DNA of 64,000 bases, from assembly GCA_002371895.1 (NCBI GenBank), contig DFHM01000009.1, positions 39,271-103,270 on the forward strand, given 5' to 3'. This document shows, piece after piece, positions 1-9,558 of this stretch; position 1 is the stretch's first letter, and every line of letters starts with the position of its first letter. Both the position numbers and the translations under genes were made by a program. This DNA is from Candidatus Saccharibacteria bacterium UBA3723. Its GTDB lineage: Bacteria > Patescibacteriota > Saccharimonadia > Saccharimonadales > Saccharimonadaceae. The notes below the pieces were generated by a model, which searched no databases, was not told the origin of the DNA, and worked only from the letters and a program-made list of their open reading frames with translations.

Positions 1-2403
1 TTTATTCTTGTATTTGACCTCGAGCGCCTCACGGTTATAGCGTTTACCATGACAGACATCACAAGTCACAAACACGTCTGGCAAGAAGTGCATCTCGATC
101 TTGATCACGCCATCACCCTGACAGTTCTCACAGCGACCACCCTTCACGTTGAAGGAGAAGCGGCCGGCCTTATAACCGCGAACTTGCGCCTCTGGTTGAT
201 TAGCGAATAATTCACGAATATTATTAAAGATGCCAGTATAGGTTGCAGGATTCGAGCGCGGCGTACGACCAATCGGTGACTGATCGATTACAATAACTTT
301 ATTCAAATTCTCAATGCCATCGATACGTTCGTGTGCGCCAGGAACGGTCTGCGCGCGGTTGAGGCGAGCCAAAAGCTCGTTTGCAACGATCTCATTTACG
401 AGCGTAGACTTACCCGAGCCAGAAACACCAGAGACTACCGTAAGGACACCAAGGGGAAACTTTACGTCGATATTTTTGAGGTTGTTTTCGTGTGCACCAA
501 TAACTTCTAGATATTTGCCAGACACCTTGCGACGCTTGCGTGGCGTGTCAATCTTTGCTGCACCGCAGAGATAACGACCAGTCACAGAATTTGGATCCTT
601 CGCCACTTCATCCGGCGTACCAGCAGAAACAACTCTACCACCATTTACACCTGCGCCAGGGCCGATATCTACAAGATAATCCGCCTGCTTAATCGTATCC
701 GTATCGTGCTCTACTACAATCACAGTATTTTTTAAATCACGAAGATGCTTGAGCGTCGCAATTAAGCGGTCGTTATCGCGCTGATGGAGACCAATCGATG
801 GCTCATCGAGTACATAAAGCACACCCTGAAGGCCAGAGCCAATCTGGGTTGCCAAGCGAATACGCTGTGCTTCGCCGCCAGACAAAGTTGCAGCCGAGCG
901 GCTAAGCTCAAGATAATTCAGACCAACGTCTTTCATAAACCCGACGCGCGCCTTAATTTCCTTGATAATCGGCGCCGCAATTAGCTCCTCATTTTCGGTT
1001 AGGCCAAGATCAGAATTCAAAACCTCGAGTGTTTGGTCAACATCCATGGAACACATGTCCATAATATTAAGATCATGAATCGTTACCGCGAGCACAACTG
1101 GCTTGAGGCGTGCGCCATGACAAGTCTGACAGACGCGTTCGCGCATAAAACGCTCGATATCCTTGCGTACAAAATCGGATTCGGTCTCTTTGTAACGCTT
1201 TTCGAGGTTCGAAATTACGCCTTCATAAACAGCATCGTATTCGTAGCCATTGCTAAGCTTTACATGATATTTTTCGTCGCCAGTACCGTAAAGAATCACT
1301 TTAATTGCATCATCAGAAAGCTCGCGAATCGGCGTGCGTACCGAGAAACCATGGCGTTCGCCAACCGCAGTGAGGCGCTTTAGCCACCAAGAATCTTGAT
1401 TAATGCGGTTGTATGGGCGAATACCACCTTCCGCAATCGTAAGATTTGGATTCAAAACCAAGCTCGGGTCAATCTCCATGCGCGTACCAAGACCGGTACA
1501 AGTTGGACAGGCACCCTGCGGCGCATTGAAAGAGAAGAGACGTGGCTCGAGTTCCGGAATAAGTTCATCTGGATGATTTGGGCAAGCATAGCGCTGTGAA
1601 TAAGTCACCACTTCTGCATCGGCGGTGTTGATATTATTCTGGCCAATTGCCGTAGAATTATCCTTGATGCAAAGCACCTTCATGATGCCATCGCCAAGGT
1701 CGAGCGCCTGCTCAACCGACTGCGAAATACGGCTTTCAAGATCCGGCGCCATTACAAAACGGTCAACAATAATCTCGATATCGTGACGGATATTCTTGTC
1801 GAGCTCCGGCCATTCGTCGAGCGCATAGATAATGCCATCCACGCGCGCACGGGCAAAACCTTTCGCAAGATATTGCTCGCCAATATGCGAGAACGAGCCC
1901 TTCTTTTGCGAAACAATCGGCGCAAGAACCATCAGCTTTGAAGCCGTTGGCCAAGCCATTACCTGGTCAATAATATCCTGCACGGTACGACGCGCCACCT
2001 CGTTGTGGCAAATCGGACAATGCGGCACGCCAATGCGCGCAAAAAGCAAACGCAAATAATCGTAAATTTCAGTCACTGTGGCAACCGTAGAGCGCGGGTT
2101 GCGCGAGGTGGACTTCTGGTCAATCGAAATTGCTGGAGATAGACCAGTAATCATATCTACGTCAGGCTTATCCATCGTACCGAGGAACATACGCGCATAG
2201 CTCGAAAGCGACTCGACATAGCGGCGCTGGCCTTCAGCATAAATCGTATCAAAGGCAAGGGAAGACTTACCGGAGCCCGAAAGACCCGTAATGACGACTA
2301 ATTTGTCGCGCGGAATATCAATATCAATATTTTTGAGATTGTTAGCCCGAGCGCCACGAATTTTAATCATATTTTGGTCATCAAAAGAAGAAGAGGTTGC
2401 CAT
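1..2403 (-). CDS. uvrA: Excinuclease ABC subunit A (UvrA); the C-terminal part runs off the left window edge
   Basis: Absent from the ORF track because it has no in-window stop. My reverse-complement translation from the ATG at 2403 gives [75 protein letters not shown]..., the canonical UvrA N-terminus with a Walker A motif. Confidence 0.9.
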   Translation of the reverse strand, partial: MATSSSFDDQNMIKIRGARANNLKNIDIDIPRDKLVVITGLSGSGKSSLAFDTIYAEGQRRYVESLSSYARMFLGTMDKPDVDMITGLSPAISIDQKSTSRNPRSTVATVTEIYDYLRLLFARIGVPHCPICHNEVARRTVQDIIDQVMAWPTASKLMVLAPIVSQKKGSFSHIGEQYLAKGFARARVDGIIYALDEWPELDKNIRHDIEIIVDRFVMAPDLESRISQSVEQALDLGDGIMKVLCIKDNSTAIGQNNINTADAEVVTYSQRYACPNHPDELIPELEPRLFSFNAPQGACPTCTGLGTRMEIDPSLVLNPNLTIAEGGIRPYNRINQDSWWLKRLTAVGERHGFSVRTPIRELSDDAIKVILYGTGDEKYHVKLSNGYEYDAVYEGVISNLEKRYKETESDFVRKDIERFMRERVCQTCHGARLKPVVLAVTIHDLNIMDMCSMDVDQTLEVLNSDLGLTENEELIAAPIIKEIKARVGFMKDVGLNYLELSRSAATLSGGEAQRIRLATQIGSGLQGVLYVLDEPSIGLHQRDNDRLIATLKHLRDLKNTVIVVEHDTDTIKQADYLVDIGPGAGVNGGRVVSAGTPDEVAKDPNSVTGRYLCGAAKIDTPRKRRKVSGKYLEVIGAHENNLKNIDVKFPLGVLTVVSGVSGSGKSTLVNEIVANELLARLNRAQTVPGAHERIDGIENLNKVIVIDQSPIGRTPRSNPATYTGIFNNIRELFANQPEAQVRGYKAGRFSFNVKGGRCENCQGDGVIKIEMHFLPDVFVTCDVCHGKRYNREALEVKYKNK

Positions 2404-2461
2404 CTTTTAATTATACCAAAATTTCTTGAAAAAGTCAATATGCTCATGTTATATATAAAGT
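2404..2461. promoter_or_regulatory. 58-bp divergent promoter region; both transcripts look leaderless
   Basis: Minus sense reads TTGACT (2433-2438), a 17-nt spacer, TATAAT (2410-2415), 6 nt, then the uvrA ATG. Plus sense reads TTGAAA (2426-2431), a 17-nt spacer, TTATAT (2449-2454), 7 nt, then the ATG at 2462. Confidence 0.6.
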
Positions 2462-2911
2462 ATGAGTTATAGCGAGGAAGAGAAAAGGGACATTCTTAGC
2501 AAGGTGTTAAAAATTACCATTGCGGAGGCTACACGCTCCAAAGAGGGTTTTGCGCCAGATATTTTGATTGAGCCCGTCCTCGCCAAAGCCAGAGAAATCA
2601 TCGAAAAATACGAAAACGACCCAGACGTAGACATTTGGTGGAATGCCCGTCTCGATAAGTACACGACTTGGACTATCCGTAATATCATGATGGAAAATTA
2701 CGAGGAATACACCCTCAACGAGGAGAACCTCGAGGCCGTAAATGCACTAATCGAAGCCGAAGAAATGCTCGGCGAAAATGCTACCGATGAAGAACTCGAA
2801 GATCTTTTCGATTATACGCCGGAAGAATTAGTACGCCTCCGCATCCTCGCCAAATACATTGGCGGCATCGACCGCGAGGCGGCCTTTAGGGAATTCTCTA
2901 AAATGCTATAA
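2462..2911 (+). CDS. Hypothetical acidic protein (149 aa)
   Basis: Clean ORF with an upstream promoter. I recognise no family. Confidence 0.6.
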   Translation: MSYSEEEKRDILSKVLKITIAEATRSKEGFAPDILIEPVLAKAREIIEKYENDPDVDIWWNARLDKYTTWTIRNIMMENYEEYTLNEENLEAVNALIEAEEMLGENATDEELEDLFDYTPEELVRLRILAKYIGGIDREAAFREFSKML

Positions 2912-2918
2912 TTAGTGC

Positions 2919-4289
2919 ATGATTGATAGCACACAAGATAATCTTTTCTACCGCAACAAATATCCAGAGTTCGTCTTCGACTCTTACGAAGTCAACTTTG
3001 AGCCGGAAGCCATCAAAGTCGAATACGTTTACACGCTCGGCGAGCATACCTTCAAGCCGACCGTCACAATCCCAACCACGGACATCAGCAACGAAGAACT
3101 CGACGAAGATTTTCTTAGCTATCTTTTCTTCAACTTTGGCATCATTAACGCTATCAATTACTACAAGTTAACCATTGCGCCAAAGTTCGTCATTAAGGCC
3201 GGCTACATCGACGACGAGCAAAAGCTATTCTTCAAGAAGCTTTTCTATCATGGTCTCGGCGAATTCCTCTACGTCAACAACTTGCCATTCGACTATAATT
3301 CGCTCGTAGAGATCGAGAGCGCACCAATCGATCCAGACAATGTCCCAGAATTCGAGGTAGGCGAGGGCTACTCCGGCAACCTTATCCCAGTTGGTGGCGG
3401 CAAAGACTCCGTCGTAACCCTAGAGGCTTTACAGCCAATGCATCCAGACAATCTCTGTTTCCAATTCAATCGCAATATTTATCCAGAAAACCAGGCCGCA
3501 CTAAACTGCATCAAGAATGCCGGCTACCGCACTAGTGATATCGCAAACTTCAACCTTACGCTTGACGAGCACATGCTCGAGCTAAACAAAGAAGGTTATT
3601 ACAACGGCCACATTCCGTTTTCGTCCTGCCTCGCCTTTGCGGCATACATCACGGCCTATCTCAATAAAAAAGCAAATATCGTTCTATCCAACGAGGCCAG
3701 TGCCAACGAGGGCAACATTGCCGGTACGACTATCAATCATCAGTATTCTAAAAGCTTCGAATTTGAAAGCGATTTCCAACACTATGTCGACCGCTACTTT
3801 ACGAGCCAAATTCATTACTTCAGCCTCTTGCGCTGTCTAAACGAATATGAAATCGTCCAGCGCTTCATTCGTCATCCAATTTATCTCAACATTTTCCGCA
3901 GCTGTAACGTTGGTACACACGAGAATAAATGGTGTGGTCACTGCGCGAAGTGTCTCTACGTCTTCATTATGCTTTATCCGTTCATCTCACTAGACAAGCT
4001 CGTAAAAATCTTTGGCGGCAATCTCTTTGAAGACGCATCATTATCGAATACATTGGTCGGCCTCGTCCGTCCAGACATCACAAAGCCGTTTGAGTGCGTC
4101 GGCACCAAAGAAGAGATTAACTACTGCATGACCTTAGCCGTCAACAATACCCAGGATGAGCTCCCAGTCCTTCTGAAGTGGTACAAGGATAATATGTATA
4201 ATCCAAACATAGTCTACAATGTAGAAAACTACTACAATCCGGAGCATCACATCCCAGACGAATACTTACAACTAATTTTGAACAGCTAA
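2919..4289 (+). CDS. PP-loop (N-type ATP pyrophosphatase-like) protein; candidate MurL-type UDP-MurNAc-L-Ala-L-Glu epimerase
   Basis: 456 aa. It has the PP-loop-like motif PVGGGKDS and the C-terminal Cys cluster WCGHCAKCLY. Its stop is one base from the start of the murD-like gene. Confidence 0.5.
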   Translation: MIDSTQDNLFYRNKYPEFVFDSYEVNFEPEAIKVEYVYTLGEHTFKPTVTIPTTDISNEELDEDFLSYLFFNFGIINAINYYKLTIAPKFVIKAGYIDDEQKLFFKKLFYHGLGEFLYVNNLPFDYNSLVEIESAPIDPDNVPEFEVGEGYSGNLIPVGGGKDSVVTLEALQPMHPDNLCFQFNRNIYPENQAALNCIKNAGYRTSDIANFNLTLDEHMLELNKEGYYNGHIPFSSCLAFAAYITAYLNKKANIVLSNEASANEGNIAGTTINHQYSKSFEFESDFQHYVDRYFTSQIHYFSLLRCLNEYEIVQRFIRHPIYLNIFRSCNVGTHENKWCGHCAKCLYVFIMLYPFISLDKLVKIFGGNLFEDASLSNTLVGLVRPDITKPFECVGTKEEINYCMTLAVNNTQDELPVLLKWYKDNMYNPNIVYNVENYYNPEHHIPDEYLQLILNS

Positions 4290-4290
4290 T

Positions 4291-5583
4291 ATGAAACAAG
4301 ACATCATAGATTATTTAACCGGCAAGAAAATCCTAATTCTTGGCTACGGCCGCGAAGGCAAGAGTGCGCTAGATTTTGTGCAGCAAAACTTGCCAAACGC
4401 CGAAGTAACAGTTGCCGACCAAAACCCAATTGATTCCATCGATGTACCGACTATCATCGGCGAAGATTACCTGAGCGCCGTCAAAGATTTCGATATCGCC
4501 ATCAAATCACCTGGCGTTATCGTCAAAGATTATCTCGATGAAGAGCAGAAGAGCAAAATCACTTCCTTAACTGATTTATTCTTGCGCTTTTGCAAAAATA
4601 CCGTCATTGGTATCACGGGCACGAAAGGCAAAAGTACAACTTCGTCACTGATTTATCATATCCTTCAGAAGAATAATAAGGATTCCGTCCTCGTTGGTAA
4701 CATTGGCAAGCCTTGCTTTAGCGTAATCGACGAGTTAAACCCAGAAACAATTGTCGTTTTTGAAATGTCTAGCCATCAGCTCGAATTCATCCAAGCTAGC
4801 CCGCACATTGCTATCCTCCTAAACATCTATCAAGAGCACCTTGATCATTATGTCGACGCCGAGGGCTACTACAATGCAAAAAAGAACATCTTCCGTCATC
4901 AAGAGAAGGACGACATCCTAATCTATGGCGATATTTTCCAGCATGCTAGCCACGAAGAACTCGACGCTTATCCAATGCAAAAAATCGATATCTATCACGA
5001 CATTAATATCCCGCGCGAATTCATCAAGACCAATCTTATCGGCGAGCACAATTACTACGATATTCTTGCTGCTAGCGCCGCCTGCGAGGCTTGCGGTGTT
5101 GCCCAAGACGATATCCTCAACGCCGTCGCTAGTTTCAACGGTTTGCCACATCGCCTGCAATATGTTGGCACGTTCAAGAACATCAAGTTTTATAACGACT
5201 CAATTGCAACCGCACAAGAAGCAGTCATTAGCGCCATCAAAGCCATCGGAGACGTCGATACGGTTATTCTTGGCGGTATGGATCGCGGTCTAGATTACCA
5301 CATTCTCGTAAACTTCATTCGCGGCAGCAAAGTCCGCAATGTCATCCTCCTACCGAACACCATCGAATCCTTTGATAGAATCTTCAATGAAGCTCCGCGC
5401 TCACAGATTCTATTTCCAGTCGAAAATATGGAGCAGGCCGTCAAAACCGCCTACGAAGTCACCGCCGAAAATCACACCTGTTTATTGTCGCCGGCTGCTG
5501 CAAGTTACGGTTTTTACAAGAACTTTGAGGAACGCGGCGCAGATTTCTGCAACTTAGTTGAAAAATACTCTCATTTCGAATAA
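4291..5583 (+). CDS. murD: UDP-N-acetylmuramoyl-L-alanine--glutamate ligase (MurD family; D- versus L-Glu specificity unresolved)
   Basis: N-terminal Rossmann segment KKILILGYGREGKS, Mur ligase P-loop GITGTKGKSTT, and 430 aa length. Confidence 0.85.
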   Translation: MKQDIIDYLTGKKILILGYGREGKSALDFVQQNLPNAEVTVADQNPIDSIDVPTIIGEDYLSAVKDFDIAIKSPGVIVKDYLDEEQKSKITSLTDLFLRFCKNTVIGITGTKGKSTTSSLIYHILQKNNKDSVLVGNIGKPCFSVIDELNPETIVVFEMSSHQLEFIQASPHIAILLNIYQEHLDHYVDAEGYYNAKKNIFRHQEKDDILIYGDIFQHASHEELDAYPMQKIDIYHDINIPREFIKTNLIGEHNYYDILAASAACEACGVAQDDILNAVASFNGLPHRLQYVGTFKNIKFYNDSIATAQEAVISAIKAIGDVDTVILGGMDRGLDYHILVNFIRGSKVRNVILLPNTIESFDRIFNEAPRSQILFPVENMEQAVKTAYEVTAENHTCLLSPAAASYGFYKNFEERGADFCNLVEKYSHFE

Positions 5584-5661
5584 AAATGTTATACAATGAT
5601 GCTAAGGACAAAACTTAAGCTATATAAATTTTGTCACGCAAGTAAATAATAAGGAGAAATA

Positions 5662-6279
5662 ATGTTAAACGCTCTTATGAGTTTCATGAGCTATAGCTAC
5701 AGCTATGGTTCCGACTACGGCTATGACTATGGTTATAGCGATTACGATATCAGTGGCGCGGAAGCTGCTGGTGCAGCCGCAGGCGTATTTGCGATCATGG
5801 GCTTCATGCTACTTCCAGCAATTATCGTTGGCGTAGTGTCCATCATCGCTAACTGGAAGATCTTTACGAAGATGGGTCTCGAAGGTTGGAAATCAATCAT
5901 CCCTATCTACAACATCATCGTTATGTACGAAAAGCTCAACATTAACCCACTCTTCATCCTCGTCTGCCTCATTCCATTCGTAGGCGGCCTCGGTATGACC
6001 ATCATTGGCATCCTTGCTAATATTCGCCTATGTAAGGCATTCGGCAAGAGCGACGGCTTCATCGTAGGCTACATCCTCTTACCAATCATCTTCATGTGTA
6101 TCCTTGCGTTCGACAAGAGCACTTGGGATCCATCCAAGATCGACATGAACAGCTTCTCGTTCCTCAACAAGGACAAGAACGTTGCCCCAGCTGCAGGTGC
6201 AGCTCCAGCCGCAGGCGCACAGCCAACCACTACCCCAGAAGATCCATGGGTAGCAGGCGAAGATAAGAAGTCTGCATAA
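5662..6279 (+). CDS. DUF5684-like small membrane protein
   Basis: Carries WKIFTKMGLEGWKSIIPIYN...AFGKSDGF, which resembles the DUF5684 core. SD AAGGAG sits upstream. The C-terminus is Ala/Pro-rich. Confidence 0.65.
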   Translation: MLNALMSFMSYSYSYGSDYGYDYGYSDYDISGAEAAGAAAGVFAIMGFMLLPAIIVGVVSIIANWKIFTKMGLEGWKSIIPIYNIIVMYEKLNINPLFILVCLIPFVGGLGMTIIGILANIRLCKAFGKSDGFIVGYILLPIIFMCILAFDKSTWDPSKIDMNSFSFLNKDKNVAPAAGAAPAAGAQPTTTPEDPWVAGEDKKSA

Positions 6280-6300
6280 TAAAATAGCTTAAGTTCAATC

Positions 6301-6327
6301 AGCTCACCCGCGCAGGGTGAGCTTTTT
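6301..6327 (+). terminator. Intrinsic terminator
   Basis: Stem AGCTCACCC/GGGTGAGCT followed by TTTT. Confidence 0.7.
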
Positions 6328-6348
6328 GATGTTAAAATATAGACAGCA

Positions 6349-8322
6349 ATGAACTTCAAATTGCACAGCAAATATCAGCCAACCGGCGATCAGCCGCAGG
6401 CCATCGAAACACTCATGAACGGCCTCCGCCAAGGGTGCCGGGAGCAAACCTTGCTCGGCGTCACAGGCTCAGGTAAGACTTTTACGATGGCAAACATCGT
6501 CGAGCAGTACAACCGTCCGACCTTAATTTTGGCGCACAACAAAACCCTCGCCGCGCAGCTTTATTCCGAATTTCGCGAATTCTTCCCAGAGAACGAAGTT
6601 CATTATTTTGTTTCTTACTTTGATTACTATCAGCCAGAAGCCTATATTGCTAGCACAGATACCTACATCGAGAAGGATAGCGCAATCAACGAAGAGATTG
6701 ACCGCCTCCGTCACGGCGCCACTGAAGCATTGCTTACGCGCCGCGATACTTTAATTATCGCTTCCGTCTCATGTATCTACGGTATCGGTTCACCAGAGCA
6801 CTACAAGGCAATGGCAATCCGTCTCGCCCGCGGCGAACAACGCGATATGGCGCAGTTTATTCGTATGCTAAGCGAAATCCAGTATCATCGCAACGACATT
6901 GCTTTTGAGCGCGGCAATTTCCGCGTACGCGGCGACACAATCGATGTCTTTCCGGCCTCAGGCGATCGCGCCTACCGTCTAGAATTTGGCTTCGACCAGC
7001 TCGAGCGCATCAAAATCATCGACCCACTCACTGCCGAAGTTCTAGCCGAACCAGAAGAAATTGGTATTTTCCCAAACACCCACTATGCTACGCCAAAAGA
7101 GTCGCTTGATCTCGCCATCGATAAAATCCGCGCCGAATACAAAGAACGCCTAGAATACTTCAATCGCGAACACAAATATCTTGAAGCGCAGCGCCTCAGT
7201 CAGCGCATCAAATACGACCTAGAGATGCTAGAGCAGACCGGCTTCGTAAAAGGCATCGAGAACTATTCGCGCCACCTCGATGGACGCGTCCAGGGCCAGC
7301 CGCCGGCAACCTTGCTAGATTTCTTCCCAGACGATTTCTTAATCATGGTAGACGAGTCACATATGACGCTTCCGCAGATTCGCGGCATGTATAATGGCGA
7401 CCACGCGCGCAAAGAGACGCTCGTAGAATACGGCTTCCGTCTACCAAGTGCGCTAGACAACCGCCCACTAACTTTTGCGGAGTTCGATCGCCACGTAAAC
7501 CAGATTATTTATGTTTCGGCCACCCCAGGCGAATACGAGCTTCAGCATAGCCCAAAGCCAGCCGAGCAAGTCATTCGCCCAACCGGCCTACTTGATCCAG
7601 AAATCGAAGTCCGCCCAAGCGAAAACCAAATCGACGACCTCGTAGAAGAAATCGACGAGCGCATCGCCAAGGGCCAACGCGTACTTGTTACTACACTCAC
7701 AAAACGCATGGCAGAGGATCTTTCCGAACACCTCATCGAGCTCGGCATCAAGACCGCCTATATTCATAGCGATATTGATACACTTGAGCGTGGCGATATT
7801 CTCCGCGACCTTCGCAACGGCACTTACGACGTGCTAGTTGGCATCAACCTCCTCCGCGAAGGCCTAGATTTGCCAGAAGTTTCACTCGTCGCTATCCTCG
7901 ATGCAGACAAAGAGGGCTTTTTGCGTTCAGAATCTGCGCTTATTCAGACCATCGGTCGCGCCGCACGCCACGTCGAAGGTAAAGTTATTATGTATGCCGA
8001 TACGATGACCGGAAGCATGCAACGCGCCATCGAGGAGACTTATCGCCGTCGCGAAATTCAGCAAAAGTACAACGAAGAGCACAATATTACACCAAAATCC
8101 GTCGCCAAGGAAATTAGTGAAGGTCTTCGTGCCATCATCCCAGAAAAAGAGAAGAGCAAGAAACTCGATCTACGCAAGATTCCTCGCGAGGAGTTACCGC
8201 AAATTATCAAAGAACTTTCATCTCAGATGCAACTTGCCGCCGCCAACCTCGAGTTCGAGCGTGCCGCCGAATTGCGCGATCAAATTGAAGATATTAAAGC
8301 TGCCCTGGAGCATAAAAAATAA
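6349..8322 (+). CDS. uvrB: Excinuclease ABC subunit B
   Basis: Sequence [11 protein letters not shown]...[10 protein letters not shown], helicase motifs and a C-terminal UVR domain ([13 protein letters not shown]). Confidence 0.97.
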   Translation: MNFKLHSKYQPTGDQPQAIETLMNGLRQGCREQTLLGVTGSGKTFTMANIVEQYNRPTLILAHNKTLAAQLYSEFREFFPENEVHYFVSYFDYYQPEAYIASTDTYIEKDSAINEEIDRLRHGATEALLTRRDTLIIASVSCIYGIGSPEHYKAMAIRLARGEQRDMAQFIRMLSEIQYHRNDIAFERGNFRVRGDTIDVFPASGDRAYRLEFGFDQLERIKIIDPLTAEVLAEPEEIGIFPNTHYATPKESLDLAIDKIRAEYKERLEYFNREHKYLEAQRLSQRIKYDLEMLEQTGFVKGIENYSRHLDGRVQGQPPATLLDFFPDDFLIMVDESHMTLPQIRGMYNGDHARKETLVEYGFRLPSALDNRPLTFAEFDRHVNQIIYVSATPGEYELQHSPKPAEQVIRPTGLLDPEIEVRPSENQIDDLVEEIDERIAKGQRVLVTTLTKRMAEDLSEHLIELGIKTAYIHSDIDTLERGDILRDLRNGTYDVLVGINLLREGLDLPEVSLVAILDADKEGFLRSESALIQTIGRAARHVEGKVIMYADTMTGSMQRAIEETYRRREIQQKYNEEHNITPKSVAKEISEGLRAIIPEKEKSKKLDLRKIPREELPQIIKELSSQMQLAAANLEFERAAELRDQIEDIKAALEHKK

Positions 8323-8330
8323 GGAGACTT

Positions 8331-9113
8331 ATGGAAAAATTTATCAACAGTTTACCAATCGACCTCGAGCACATCATATCGTCGCTCATCGTCATCTTAG
8401 TAGCAATCTTGTTCTATCAAATCTTACGCTATCCAGCCAAACGCATTCTTGGCCTCCAGAAAAACAAGAAAAGCAATACCTACATGTCGATGATTTCAAG
8501 CTTCGTGAGGACGGCCTATATCACCATCGTCATCCTAATTCTTCTTCAAATAAATGGCGTAGATGTATCTAGTCTTATCGCAGGCGTCGGAATTGCATCC
8601 GTAGTCATAGGTCTTGCCGTCCAGGATACGCTTAAAGACATCATCCGCGGAATCAGCATTGTTTCCGATGACTATTACAAGGTTGGCGAAACCGTCACCA
8701 TTGGCGACGTAACCGGCAAGGTTCTCTCCGTCGGTATCCGCTCTACTAAATTGCAGGATCTTGGCACCGGCAACGTTATCACTCTTGCCAACCGCAACAT
8801 CGAGCGCTCCGAAGTTGCCGGCACTAAGTTCGGCATCGATATCCCATTACCATACGAACTCAAGCTAGAAAAAGCCGAAGCAATTATGAATGAAATTGCC
8901 GAGAAGGCCGTCGAGCATGAAGATATTCAGGAGCTTAAATACGTAGGCGTCAGTGAGCTCGCAGCATCATCAATTAATTACAAGCTGTTCGGTTCTTCCG
9001 TGCCAAGGCGCCGCATTCAGGCAAAGCGCGCAGTGCTCCATGTGGCACTCGAAGTTCTAGAGAAGCATAAAGTCGACGTACCATACCCACAGATGGATGT
9101 TCACCAAAAGTAA
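8331..9113 (+). CDS. Small-conductance mechanosensitive channel (MscS family)
   Basis: TM helices followed by GVGIASVVIGLAVQDTLKDIIRGISIV...VGETVTIGDVTGKVLSVGIRSTKL. Confidence 0.85.
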   Translation: MEKFINSLPIDLEHIISSLIVILVAILFYQILRYPAKRILGLQKNKKSNTYMSMISSFVRTAYITIVILILLQINGVDVSSLIAGVGIASVVIGLAVQDTLKDIIRGISIVSDDYYKVGETVTIGDVTGKVLSVGIRSTKLQDLGTGNVITLANRNIERSEVAGTKFGIDIPLPYELKLEKAEAIMNEIAEKAVEHEDIQELKYVGVSELAASSINYKLFGSSVPRRRIQAKRAVLHVALEVLEKHKVDVPYPQMDVHQK

Positions 9114-9154
9114 GCACATCCACTTTACTTCAAAAGAAAAAACTTTTAGAATTA

Positions 9155-9187
9155 AGAACATCTCGGCATCTCGAGATGTTCTTTTTC
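9155..9187 (+). terminator. Intrinsic terminator
   Basis: Stem AGAACATCTCG/CGAGATGTTCT followed by TTTTT. Confidence 0.7.
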
Positions 9188-9230
9188 TCTGAGTATCCGA
9201 CAATGCATTCCATAAAAGGAGGTGACGCAC

Positions 9231-9479
9231 GTGTATCTGAGTCGCAGAGTTTTCTTGTCATGTGTCCTGATTGTTGTCTTTGTCTTGTTTATCGCAACCA
9301 CGGCCGTTTCCAGTTCTGGCGCCCCGGCCATTCTCCCTCCATCCGAGGTAAAGATTGTAGGCGATAACGACGCAGGCGCCGACCCGAACAAATTCAGACG
9401 CAACCGCAAGAACAACAAAACCCCAACGAGCAAACAGTACCGCCAAGAACAATATCATCGCAGAATGCTTTATCGATAG
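9231..9479 (+). CDS. Possible small membrane/secreted protein (82 aa, GTG start)
   Basis: AAAGGAGG lies 8 nt before the GTG. The N-terminus is hydrophobic (FLSCVLIVVFVLFIATTAV) and the tail is basic. It has its own terminator. Confidence 0.35.
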   Translation: MYLSRRVFLSCVLIVVFVLFIATTAVSSSGAPAILPPSEVKIVGDNDAGADPNKFRRNRKNNKTPTSKQYRQEQYHRRMLYR

Positions 9480-9489
9480 TACTCACCCA

Positions 9490-9520
9490 GCCCGCGGCAT
9501 CGCACGTCGCGGGCATTTTT
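9490..9520 (+). terminator. Intrinsic terminator
   Basis: Stem GCCCGCG/CGCGGGC followed by ATTTTT. Confidence 0.6.
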
Positions 9521-9558
9521 ACTAGCGAACAGAGGTATTTTATTATATAATAATACCC

